This document shows, in pieces, positions 38,871 through 50,742 of a stretch of 64,000 bases of DNA (its first letter is position 1; every line of letters starts with the position of its first letter). This DNA is from Octopus sinensis. Lineage: Eukaryota. Location: assembly GCF_006345805.1 (NCBI RefSeq), contig NC_042998.1:84444001-84508000 (forward strand), given 5' to 3'. The notes beneath the pieces were generated by a model. It did no database searches. It was given only the letters and a program-made list of their open reading frames with translations, and was not told where the DNA came from. The position numbers and the translations under genes are program-made.

Positions 38871-38929
38871 GTAATGACGATAATTATGATAATGATTTCT
38901 TTTATTAGCCAATAATAGTAAAACATAAA

Positions 38930-39150
38930 ACAAGGTGGTGAGCTGGCAGAAATTAGCATGCTGGGCAAAATGCTTAGCAGCATTCCATTTATGTTTATGC
39001 TCTGAATTCAAATTCTGCCAAGGTCAACTTTGCCTCTCATCTTTTCGGGGTTGACGAAATAAGTACCAACTGAGCTCTGGGATCGATGTAATCCACTTAC
39101 CCCATCTCCAAAACTTGCTGGCCTTGTTACCAAAATTTGAAACCAATAAT
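38930..39150 (+). mobile_element. SINE S3, divergent from the 38670 copy
   Basis: aaggtggtgagctggcagaa..ctgaattcaaattctgccaaggtcaactttgcc. Confidence 0.75.
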
Positions 39151-39210
39151 ATTAAAACAAAAAAAACTTCATATCTTTTCTCATGTTTCAACAGAATATC
39201 AATAGAATAT

Positions 39211-39216
39211 TTTATT
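39211..39216 (-). promoter_or_regulatory. Candidate polyadenylation signal AATAAA for the 40112-40666 gene
   Basis: First canonical AATAAA I found on the minus strand downstream of the stop, after ~900 nt of AT-rich sequence free of recognisable interspersed repeats. Confidence 0.3.
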
Positions 39217-40111
39217 TGCTTAAACTTCCTTCAGGCTACATAATACCACCAAGAAAAAAATTAATAATAATAATGAAAATAATTAAAACAATGAAAATAA
39301 TAATAATAAAGCAGTGTAGAAGTGATATATAAATATATATTTCTCCTAATGAAAAATATAGAACATATAAATAAATACAGACAAAAATTAAGGATTTTTT
39401 TGTAATAATTGAGGATTGAATTTTCTTTGTTTGCCCTGTATTTTTTCTTTTTTTGTCTTTTAAGAGAAAAAAACTCGGCTTCTACAAAATTTTGATAAAT
39501 TGTTCGTATATATGTCTGTAGACATAAATAATAAAGTAGTTTCAGTATTGAATTTTTATAGAAATAACTGAATCAACTACGCATGTTCATTCCGTACCTT
39601 TGTGCAGAGTTCTGGCAAAGTAATGTCAATATATATTTTTTTTTTGAATTTAATTCATTGAACAAATAATTGAATAAGATAAAGAAAGAAAGAAAGAAAG
39701 AAAAAGATAATATTTGAAAAATTTCGAAAGGAAGAAAGTCATTTTCAGGGATAACTGTCGAATATTTTTTTGTTTTTTTAAGTAAAGAAAAAAATAAAAA
39801 ACAGTTAAGGCATCTTGAAGGTGAATATTTCAAATTTTTATCTGATGAAAGCTAACAGTTACCCCTGAACTGACTTTTCCTGTCGTTCAATAAATATTGG
39901 ATCATCTGTCCATCAATGAAATTTTAGGGAAAACAGTCTATATTTCCCTATAGCAAATAAACATTTTTCTTTTTCTTGATTTAATCATTTGGGAATAATA
40001 TGTCCCCCCCAAGAAAACATCTGTTCATGTAACCATGCTTGAAAAAAATATTTTTTAAATAAAGGAAAAATAAGGAATTCCAGAGGAACAGACTGCTGGG
40101 TTCGACAAACC

Positions 40112-40666
40112 TTAGGTCAGATGGCTGTCTGCACTGTCTGCTAGTTGATCAGAAGTGTTATCTACGCCATTGCTGTTGTTAGCTTGGTCTAAGTTGGTAA
40201 AGAATGTCTGTGTACTTGCCTCTGTGGTTGATGCTGAACGCTCCCGTCGGGATCGAGGATGTGACTCACGGGCAAGTGGAGATATATTCTGCTGTGGCTT
40301 TTTCAAGCAAGGTTTGAGGGGAGTTGTAGCAGTATTATTGTTGTTGTTATTGTTGTTGTTATTTCCTTGAGACTGAGAATTTTTAGGGACCAAGCCATCC
40401 ATAGATCGAGAAAATGCTTGGAACTGTCCACGGAGGTTGTCCTTGTTTTGTGTTTCAGGAGGTTCAATATTCTCTTCATCGACCTCTTTAATTTCATCAA
40501 AAGTAATGGGCTGAGTTTTATAGCGAGCACTAGCGCGACACTTTGGCTTCTTCGTGCGCCGATGTGCTGCTGGGTACTCTGGGTTCAAGTGAAGCTTGGA
40601 AATACGCTCAGGAAAGTGGGTTTCGAAATGAAAAAGGGGATCAATAACTCTTGGTAACGCCGACAT
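40112..40666 (-). CDS. C11orf96-like: C11orf96-like / DUF4695-family protein, 184 aa, single coding exon
   Basis: Residues 48-65 RYKTQPITFDEIKEVDEE match vertebrate C11orf96 RFKTQPVTFDEIQEVEEE (recalled); ATG has A at -3; TAA stop; 10-Asn run. Confidence 0.85.
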   Translation of the reverse strand: MSALPRVIDPLFHFETHFPERISKLHLNPEYPAAHRRTKKPKCRASARYKTQPITFDEIKEVDEENIEPPETQNKDNLRGQFQAFSRSMDGLVPKNSQSQGNNNNNNNNNNTATTPLKPCLKKPQQNISPLARESHPRSRRERSASTTEASTQTFFTNLDQANNSNGVDNTSDQLADSADSHLT

Positions 40667-40755
40667 GATTGTTTCTGTAGATCTTGGCGGTAAAATTTAT
40701 AAAAGTTAAATATCCAATAGGTTTAATCTGGAAGAGTCTTGTAAAGCACTTTCAG

Positions 40756-40790
40756 CTGAAAAGAAAAAGGAAAAAAATATGAATAAATTT
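40756..40790 (-). promoter_or_regulatory. Splice acceptor of the coding exon (exon starts at 40755; 89-nt 5' UTR part)
   Basis: Minus strand ...catatttttttcctttttcttttcag|ctgaaag. Confidence 0.65.
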
Positions 40791-40864
40791 TCTCTTCATT
40801 TTAATGAAAACAATTTAAGAGAATGAAAACTATGGATAAAAGAGACAATCTTAGAAGGCTATAT

Positions 40865-41195
40865 TGGTCTCCTTTATATTTTACTTGCTTCAATCATTGG
40901 AGAGCAGTCAAAATGGGGTAGTGCCTTGAAGAGTTTTAGTTAAACAAAAGGACCCAAGTAGTTATTTTTATTAAAGTCTGGTACTTGTTCTGTCAGTCTC
41001 TTTTGCCAAACTGCTAAATTATGGATTGTAAACAAACCAACATCAAGTTGTCAAGTGGCAGGGTGGGACAGACACACACACACACTTTCTGTCAACCAAA
41101 TTCTCTCACAAGTCATTGGTTAGCCTGGGGCTATAGTAAAAGACACTTGCTCAAGATGTCATGCAATGAGACTGAAGCCAAAACCATGGTGAAAA
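40865..41195 (-). mobile_element. Degenerate SINE S1 in the intron upstream of the CDS
   Basis: S1 tail, (CA)n and head in order. Confidence 0.65.
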
Positions 41196-41389
41196 ATCTA
41201 AGAACATAATTCTAATATCTAATTTTATTAGTTTCACATAGCTAGCTTGCTGTTGGCCATGGTATGTCTATCCATGGTTTAAAGTAGCCTATTTATTATT
41301 TTATCATTTAGGCTTTTCTCAGACAAGTTCTCCATTGGTGCTTTCAAGCATGTTAGTTATCCACCGAAAGGAGAAAACTAAATCCCTTA

Positions 41390-41840
41390 ACGGTTCTGCT
41401 TTTTTTCCTTTTTATATGCTGAGTCTGGAGTAGTGCTCATGGCTTTTGAAGAACTTTCAAGACCAGTGAGTTTGATAATGCTAATGTCCTGTTTAAACTT
41501 GCAGGAACAGTATGAGCAGGGAGGAGATTCCAGAGGGTGATGTTCAGGGGAAGGACTAGGTGTGTTGGTTAGTGTGTGATCTGCAGGAACATATGAAGAG
41601 AGCTTAGTGCATTGGGAGTGACTTGAGTAAACAAGGTACAAGCTTGGCCAGTGACAAGGAACAAAAGCTATTAGAGTAACAGTAGAAAAAGCAGAGAGAG
41701 GAGACAGCACAGCTGTGGGCCACAGGCTAGAGTGTGTCTGCAAGTGATACAAGTATGGTGCTTTGTCCTTCATCATCTCACTACCCTGTTTGTAAGTTAT
41801 GGTACTTGGGAACAACATCGATTTATCATAGATTGGCAAG
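41390..41840 (-). mobile_element. CR1/L2-group LINE ORF2 C-terminal fragment
   Basis: Across frames: ADTL*PVAHSCAVSSLCFFYCYSNSFCS..RSHTNQHT*SFP..LWNLLPAH..FKQDISIIKL. Confidence 0.65.
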
Positions 41841-43040
41841 GGCTTATAGTTGACTGAATCAACCCTTGTATATTGCTGCTATCTATTATATCAGCCCATA
41901 AATAGATGAAAAGAATTACTGACTTAAAAATGTACAACTTGTACTGTATCACTGGTTCTGGGTTGTATTCATAACCAAAGAAATCACTTCTAACAAGCTG
42001 AGATCACCTAACAGTAAAGCAGTACCATGGAGGATAGCAATATTGCACAATTTATAAGTATTTCATTGATCTGCAGCCATAAGTTCATGTCTAACCATGG
42101 GTAGATGCGAACTTATACGTATACATATCCCTAAAAACACAGTAGATTATGGGATTTATCACCACTATCATCACCATTTTACAAGTCAAACAGAAGTTAC
42201 ACCACTCATATAAATGCCAGGGGTTCCAATATACAAAACCTGAAAATTTTAAAGAAACAATTAGTTTAATATTGTATTTAACATTTTCAGCTTGTTGTAT
42301 GACATTTCCTGTTAGTTTTTTTACCAAAATCATAAATTCATTTTTGCTTCAATTGTTTTAAGTCTGTTAGAAATTAATTTTATAATTCTGAAAATCTCAA
42401 CATTTTAGGGCATTATCTTTAGTACATCACTAACAAAAAAAAAAAAGGAAAAACATTGAATAAGTCTGACCAATTGGAAACCTATACAATCATTTAAACA
42501 GTCCAATCAAGCAACCTTAGCCAAATTTTAGTTTCAAAAAATTGTCTAAGTGCTGTAAAGTGATTAGTAAATAAGCAGACAGCACAGGGGCTGAGAGAAC
42601 CCTTTAGTACACCCAAAGGCATGATTGCTTCTAGTACTGGTACCATGATAAGACGTAGCTAGTTCACTCTGAAAAACAGTTTTAGGAAGGATATGTATCC
42701 ATAGAAACCATTCCAAAAATGAAGCGTTTTGAGCAAGATGTAGTTCTTTATTCCATTTACAAGGGCAGTGACACCAAATAAAAATGCATTCTGATCTTGA
42801 TGACTCATCCAGCTCATTCCATAGTGAAATCAGCGGTAACAATAATGATATATCACATTTTCCTTGTCTGAATGGAATGTTTTATGTTAAGCTGAGATCC
42901 CCATTGACAAGCCCCTGATATTAAATAAAGGGTTAAACATGATATGCAAATAAGTAGCACCAGTTCTCTGAAGCTACTGGATTTGTCGAACAGATTGGTT
43001 GCTTGTTTCTTTAGGATTGGTGAAATTGATCTAGTAGAAA

Positions 43041-43076
43041 CTTCTGATGAGAACCCAATATGGTTTGAAAATCAAG
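43041..43076 (+). ncRNA. Degenerate minimal hammerhead-like motif
   Basis: cuu CUGAUGA gaacc-caauau-gguuu GAAA a UC aag; stem III collapsed. Confidence 0.4.
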
Positions 43077-43084
43077 GCTGTGAA

Positions 43085-43410
43085 GGTGTGTGGCCTAGTG
43101 GTTAGGGTTTTGCACTTATGATCATCAGATCATGGGTTCTATTCCTGGACCAGGCAGTGTGTTGTGTGGGAATTGGCATGCCAAAGAATAGACTCAAGAT
43201 TTCCTCTGCATCTCATAAAAGGCAACTAAAAGAGGTTGAGGTAGGATTTGTATGCCAACCTTGTAAAATCTCACCAGCAATGGTCTATCCAAATAGACCC
43301 ACGGGTTGAAGGGTGGTTGCCTGAGTGGTGCAAAAATATCTGCCAACAGTAGGGAATCACCAACAAATGGTGGATGCAGTGTCATGCTGTTACAGTGCAG
43401 GCCCCCATAC
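43085..43410 (+). mobile_element. tRNA-headed element with an RTE-5'-UTR-like body, copy A
   Basis: S2-like head, then ...tttcctctgcatctcataaaaggcaactaaaagagg...; colinear with 44815-45165. Confidence 0.55.
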
Positions 43411-43944
43411 AGTACAGATATACAACCCAAATATAATATTAATTTGTTTCTGTGGTCTAACACTGAAAATCTAACTACATTATTTTAATCTTGTTATTCA
43501 ACTATATTTAACAATATTACTTTGAAGTTGTTATTTAATTTTGCTTTACAGCATAAGTTTGAAACAAAAATTGTACACAATAAAATATATCTTATCAGTT
43601 TTTAAATCCTAATTTGGTTTAGAAGAATAGTTAACATTACAGCATCTATGTTACAAATAATGGTTCATTTAACCAAATTTATTTATGAGTAAAGTAATAA
43701 TTAAACTTAATTATTGTACAACGTGTTTAAGGCATTGAATTAGAGAAAAAGGATGGCAAGTCTATTAATTGGCATCTGGCAAAATGAAATGTCTGCTCAT
43801 TTACTATTACCAGTTTAGTTTGATTATTGTAATTGGTATAGTTTAAAGTATTAGATCAACCTTAAAATTCATTTATTTATAAAGCTGAAGGCAGCAAAGT
43901 ATCATAACAGACCAATTGCAGAATCATTGAATCTGAATCCATAG

Positions 43945-44260
43945 CATCATCATCATCATCATCGTTTAGCGTCCGTTTTCCATGCTAGCATGGGTTGGAC
44001 GGTTCTACTGGGGTCTGTGAAGCCAGAAGGCTTCATCAGGCCCAGTCAAATCTGGCAGTGTTTCTACGGCTGGATGCCCTTCCTAACGCCAACCACTCCG
44101 TGAGTGTAGTGGGTGCTTTTTACGTGCCACCTGCACAGGTGCCAGACAGAGCTGGCAAATGGCCACGAATGGATGGTGCTTTTTATGTGCCACCGGCACG
44201 AGGGCCAGGCGAGGCTGACAACGGACACGAACGGATGGTGCTTTTTACGTGCCACCGGCA
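43945..44260 (-). mobile_element. Young RTE LINE 3' UTR with internal gtgcttttacgtgccacc repeats
   Basis: (CAT)n tail; CpGs retained. Confidence 0.75.
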
Positions 44261-44814
44261 TGTAAGCATTTAATTTAAAGTATATTAGATCTTAAAAATA
44301 TCCCCAATATTGGATCAACCTTTAACAACCAGTCATTCATAAAAGTTGAAGACAGCATAGTACTGTAGGAATAAAGTATTTAGAGTGAATTCCCTGAAAA
44401 TATGGGATGCCTTAAGTATATGCTACTCATGCAAGTAAGTTAATGTAACCTAGGGTTAATTCTAATTCTCATGAAAAACAATGCTTAAGTTTTAACACAT
44501 TCAATTCAGTTTATTCTAAGACAGACAGACTGAAGCAAGCAGAGTTATGTGTATTTCACAACACAATAGCTATGCTAAGATTTGAAACTAATTATGTGAT
44601 CAGGGGTCCATCACCTTAACATTTCAGCCATTGTGCCCCACAAATACCAAATACTTGCAACCCCTACCATTTTTAAATATACCCTTTGTTTTAACCAAAA
44701 AGACTACAGAACGGAAAAAGGAAATGGGATAAACCCCAGCTAGGATGATCCATGTGTTTGATCAATTAAGTATCAAGATATATAAATATATATATATATA
44801 TATATCGACATGCA

Positions 44815-45165
44815 AAGCCACTTAACCTAGTGGTTAGGGTGTTGCACTCACAATCAAATGATTGTGAGTTTAATTCCTGGACCAGGTAGCATGTTGCGTT
44901 TCGAATCTCTCTAGTGCTGTGTGAAGACTAGCATGTCAAAGAATAGACCCAACGTTTCCCTTTATGTTGTAAAAAAAGTAACTAAAAGAGGTTGAGGTAG
45001 GATTTACACTCTGACCTAGAAAAACCCTCACCAGCAATGATTGCTCAAGCAGACCTGTGGGTTGGAGGGTTGTTGTCTGAATGGTGCAAAAGTGTCATCC
45101 ATCAGGAGTAGGAAATCAACAAATAGTGGATGGAGCGATGTGCTGTTACAATGCAGGCCTCCAAA
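44815..45165 (+). mobile_element. tRNA-headed element with an RTE-5'-UTR-like body, copy B
   Basis: Colinear with 43085-43410. Confidence 0.55.
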
Positions 45166-46059
45166 CTACTACTACATCAGCATAAATAGGCATAGATGGG
45201 TGTGTGGTTAAGAAGTTTGCTTCATAACTACATGGATTAAGGTTCACTTCCCCAGTGCAGTACGTGGACAGGTGTCTTCTGTTATGACCTTAGTCTGACC
45301 AATACCTTAAAATGCTTTGATATTGAAGTAATCCTGCTTTAATGGACTACAGCAAACATTACCTTACTTGGAACAGATGAAGGTTGGTGATAGGAAGAGC
45401 ATCCAACCATAGGAAATATACTGCAATAAGTTGTGTCTGAACTATGCTAGCATTGTATAGTATACACTAAAACGATGATGATTTAGGTTACTTCAAGTAG
45501 AGACAACTGGGCAACACTACACTAAATAACAACAACACTAAGTTAAATTTTTTTTTCTAAGTCACAAAACTGGTATCTACTTATTTTCACGGTATTAAAC
45601 AGACAAGAATCCAGTCTCCCTATTAAATAAAATATTTAAGCTATGGCAGATTAATTTCTATGCCAAACTGATATGATACTTCCAAATTAATATCTTTTGG
45701 ATTAAATGGATTAATACATGTTAGTTCAAGAATGAAATGCTAAATATAAATAGAAAGGCCAAACTTCTGAAAGTTTTATCTCTAAAAGATCTTATTTTAG
45801 TAAACAATATAAAGTATATAATCAAATTAACAGTTTATACTTCTTAATATAAATCCCAATTCTTCCAAACCATATCTAAGAAGCATCACTATTTGGTTAA
45901 GAGGCTTGCTTTGCAACTACTAGGCTTAAAATTCAATTCCATGATACAGCTCTTTACAGAAGTTACCCATAACCTCAGGGTGACTAATATATGGGAGAAA
46001 TTTGGTAGATAAAGTGTGTACAAGCCTTTCACACATACACAAATATACATTTATTTCTT

Positions 46060-46280
46060 TATTGCCCACAGGAGGCTAAATATAGAGGCGATAAACAAGG
46101 ACAGATAAAGGGATTAAGCTGATTACATTGACCCAGTGCGTAACTGGTAGTTATTTAATCAACCCAGAAAGGATGAGAGGCAAAGTCAACCATAGCGGAA
46201 TTTGAACTCAGAACGTAACGGCAGACGAAATACTGCTAAGTATTTCACCCAGCATGCAAACAATTCTGCCAGCTCACCTC
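46060..46280 (-). mobile_element. SINE S3 (variant tail)
   Basis: gaaaggatgagaggcaaagtcaacc..ggaatttgaactcagaacgtaacggcagacgaaatac. Confidence 0.75.
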
Positions 46281-48873
46281 CCTACACACAAATATATATA
46301 TGTATATATATCCTTCTCAGCCATATCACCCTGAGTGCATGAATGCATCAAAGAGTAAACAATATCATAGGAGTTGATGCCGCAATAAATGCACACACTA
46401 CACCATGTAAACTGGTTGGCAATAGAACAGGTACCAAAGCATAGAAACCAAGCTAAATCTGAGACATACAAGTGAGATATGGTTTCCCAACCTATCTAGA
46501 AGGTCAATAACTCCTAATAAGACTTTAACAATGACCTGTCTATCCCACAATAAAGTAGAAAAGAGATGTTATATATATATATGTGTGTGTGTGTGTGCAT
46601 AGAGAGAAAGAGAGTAAACTCAGAGGAAACTCCTGTTACTTAAACCAGAACATGCAAAATCAATTGATGTTGCATACATGTAGCATCTATGCTCATATAT
46701 GTACAACATAGCACATATGTACCTTCCAGCAGTGTCATAATAATGAAATATTTAAATCTAATTTGTTATCTGTATTCCTTTATATATCTTAGCCATGCAT
46801 TTAAGTCTTGCATTCATGGAGGAAATGGCACCGAGGTGTGTGCGTGTGTTCTATAACTTAGCAGTTTAACAAATGGGAAGCAATAAAACAAGTACCAGAC
46901 TAAAGTGATTATTGGGTTTAACATGACTAAAATTCTTGAAGGTGATGCTCCAGTATGGCCACAGTCCAATAACAGGTATCAAAGAATACAATAAATAGAA
47001 CAAAAAGAAAGCATGTGTATGAGTATCTCTCGTTTCTTGCAATCGGTTCATTTACTAGCATTAGCGGGGATGGGGAAAAACACCAGATTTTGTCAGTGTA
47101 GCCTAATTAGAGTTAAATGAAGGAGAATTAATAGAAACTGCTGCCAGGAATGTAGCACAAACAAATGCAAAGACCCAGTTTTTGGTGAAGCAGTTGTGTT
47201 AAAAATAAACAACACATATACATCAGTAAATAACATGTAACACATAGAGAACACACAACACATATTTACAACACATAACAGTTACTCACAACACGTAAAC
47301 CAACACATTGGGAAAGAACTGAATCAGAGCTATCCATCTGAAATGTAACACCAGCAAAGTGGTTTATATTTGGTTCTCTTAAGAAAATAATTCCTGCCTA
47401 GTTAAAGTTATTCTACATATTTCTTTACTTCAAGTAATATTACTCAAGTTACAGAATGAGTCAGAATTTACAAGAAAATACTGAGGTGTTTAACTCTGTA
47501 CAGATAACAACACATGACAAACAAGTTTGGTACCTGATGGTAAAGAACTAGACTAAATTGTTTATTGCAAACATATATTAAGGGATTTCGCTTAGAGGCC
47601 ATTTGATTCCTATTTCACTTGAGTGGACCCTCATAGCTATTTGATTTCTAAAAACTATATCTTTATAGTTAAATATCATGAGGAATTGTATAAAAAAATG
47701 TTAAAATATCTTGTGTATTGTAGAAATAAAACCAATTTATTGCATAAAATTTTTAACCACAAAATCTTATATGGACTCTACAAGGGTCATGTGGACCCCA
47801 GATGAGAACAACTGGGTCAGAGTGTAACATTCCTGATCATAAATAAGATCATGGTTCTGATTCTCAGGCTGGGTGGTGCATTGAGTTCTTGAGCAAACAC
47901 TTCATTTTATGTTGCCGCAGTCCACTCAGCTGAAAATGAGTCGCTGCAATGACCTGGGTAGTTAACTTTGCAATGAATTGGTGTCCCTTTCAGAGATGGG
48001 TGTTGTTATTTTCAGTCTTTTATATGCCAAGGAAACCAGATTAAACTCTGACTATATAAGCCCTAAGGCTCATGACAGACCTACATCTAAGTCATCCATG
48101 GATAAAATTACAAGTCCCAGAAACATAATGGGGTATACTTTTATATTTTTGCTCTGGAGTGAAAGCAGTGATCATGACCCTTTACAGCTCTTTCTAGATT
48201 GAGGGATAGTGGGTGGGAGGGTACAGTCAGAGCAGAGATCAGGTTCAAATGCCTGTAACAGAGTGAATTTTACTAAAGGTACTCAAAATTCCAGGATGTG
48301 GTGGTGGGTGTTAAACCAATTGATTCAGTCTACCACCTATGTAGACCATGGTGAGATTGGAATTCAGAACAAATACAGCAAGGTATCTGATTTGATGTTC
48401 AAACAGTTCACCACCTCAGACTGGTACTTTTTTTTTTTAATTGATCTTAAAAGGGCGAAAGGCAAAGTTTACATTAAAAAAAGGCAAACTAACAATACAG
48501 AGTTCATACAAGGCAGTAATGGATTAGAAGAAGCATGTTTTGTGGTTCTAATCCAATTTAGGTGTGCTTTAAACCTTCATCCTTCAGCTCTATATCAAGT
48601 CTGAAATTTGTACAAGCAGAAAACAAAAGATTGTGATATCATTTAATGACCCTTTTCCATGAATGCATGGGTCAAACAGAATCTGTTGAGAGAGACTTTT
48701 CTGCTGTTGGATACCCTTCCTGTTGCAAACCCTCACTTGTTTTCAAGCAAAGTAATATTTCCTCATGGCCAAATGTCTTTTCACAAAAGACTGAAAATGA
48801 ATGATACTGTTTTGTATGATGATAACATTCGTTTACAACTATCACAATGTCAAAACAAGAAACTAACACACAT

Positions 48874-48911
<38 letters not shown>

Positions 48912-49760
48912 CAGTTTCTGTTTACCCAAACCAATCATAAGGCTTTGATTGGCCCAAAGCTATAGTAGAAGACATGACCAGCATTAATTAACTCATGTGA
49001 AGTGGTCAATGAATGAAGTGTAACCTGCGACTTGTAATTATACCCATGGGTTATTGTATCAAAGATGCTAAAAACAAGTGTTTACTGATTTTCTGAACTT
49101 GATTTAGCTTCTCCCCTTCACTTTCCAATCACAGTTGTTTAACTTTATTTTCTAGCTACTGTACTAAATAATTCTTTCAAAACCTAAACTTGCTGGGATA
49201 GCAAGTTCACGTCGTGCCTTCTGTAGATTCACAATGAATGAAACGAATACCAGATATTACGAAGGTTGATTCAATCAAATTTATGGCTTTGTGCCAAAGT
49301 TAGGAATCATTAGAACTATGTAAGTGTTTATGATATTTCCTTTAAATTAAACCAATAATAAATAAATAAATAAAATACATTTAAAAAAAATGAAAAGCAA
49401 AAATTACATCCGTGATTTAACATCTTTCTTTCTTAGATCTGAAATTATAAAGCAAATTAACTAAATGATATCAAGTTGTCTTACGATGTTCATTAATTAC
49501 ATAGCATCATTATATGATGCACTGTAGAACTGAAATACAAACATATGAGTGAACTGTTAGCTCATAATTTTGGGTTCAAGTCCATTGCTGGTACATCAGT
49601 GATGTTTTTGAGCAATACATTTGATTATGAATACCTAAGTCCATGTCAGTATCAAAATAGAGTATTATTAAATAGAAATCACTTTGTAGGAAATTTATCT
49701 GTCATCACCAGACCTGTTGGTAAAAAACCATTGTTGGTAAACATTTACTTTATATATATA

Positions 49761-50742
49761 CTAGCAGTATTGCCCGGCTCATGCGTTCTATGCATGCGCG
49801 AATTAAGCTAAACTTGGATGAAGTTCAATCAAAATTCAATTATTTTGGTTTTAAAATCAAGCATTTAATGCCCTCTATTTTTGCGCTTATGTGTTCCATT
49901 TTCTCAATAGGAAGTACGTAGAAGCGGTTCATAAATTTTTGTTGATCAAATAATTGCATTGTTGAGTTGTTCTTTTAGATCTAAACTTGGATGAAGTTCA
50001 ATCAAAATTCAATTATTTTGGTTTTAAAATCAAGCATTTAATGCCCTCTATTTTTGCACTTATGTGTTCCATTTTCTCAATAGGAAGTACGTAGAAGCGG
50101 TTCATAAATTTTTGTTGATCAAATAATTGCATTGTTGAGTTGTTCTTTTAGATCAGTATTTCTCAACGGGGATTTCAGGGGAGAGTTTCAGGGAGTCACT
50201 GGTGATGTATCGTGATGATCAAAAATCCGACCTGCTAAAATTTGGTTAAAGTGATTCAAACTGCAGACTCAACGCAAAATAGTCACATTTAATTCAAAGC
50301 GTTAAAAGTGTTATGAAAACAATTGGTATGTGTTCACAAAGTCCAAACGATTAATACGAAAATACCCTCCAGGCTACATCCTGAAAATTCATTTCTTTGC
50401 CGAATTTCTACAATGTTTACAGCGATTCGTTTTTATATCATGATTTTTTATTTTTCATGCAATTTACGCATGGTGAACACAGTTCACGTCAAACAGCTGA
50501 CTGAGTAAAGTTCACTATTCAATGCATGGGATAAGGCCTAAACAAACACATTATCGATTTTTGCACTTGCAAGATGAATTTCAGAACAGAAATAGCGCAG
50601 TTCAATTTTCATTCGCCTAAACTTTAAGTGACCCATTTTTGGTGGTTCTACAATTTGTTGGCTAGGAGGAGATGTGCCAGGAAGTTAAACACACAGACAC
50701 ACACAAACACACAAGTTGAGTTTTATATATATATATATATAT
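49761..50742 (-). mobile_element. Non-autonomous Helitron (Lep1-like layout)
   Basis: Minus strand ends ...catgc-atagaac-gcatg..ctgCTAG^T (hairpin, CTAG, T target); 5' end has a (TG)-rich tract and merges into (TA)n. Confidence 0.6.
49808..50153. repeat. Tandem duplication, 2 x 173 bp, one mismatch
   Basis: 49808-49980 versus 49981-50153 (gcgctt versus gcactt). Confidence 0.95.

Noticed and set aside
41387-41839. 150-aa minus-strand ORF next to the real gene
   Set aside because: Other frames give LINE ORF2 C-terminal motifs; it is an off-frame reading of a LINE relic.
42564-42842. 92-aa ORF in unique sequence upstream of the gene
   Set aside because: TTG start, no recognisable motif and no convincing splice sites.
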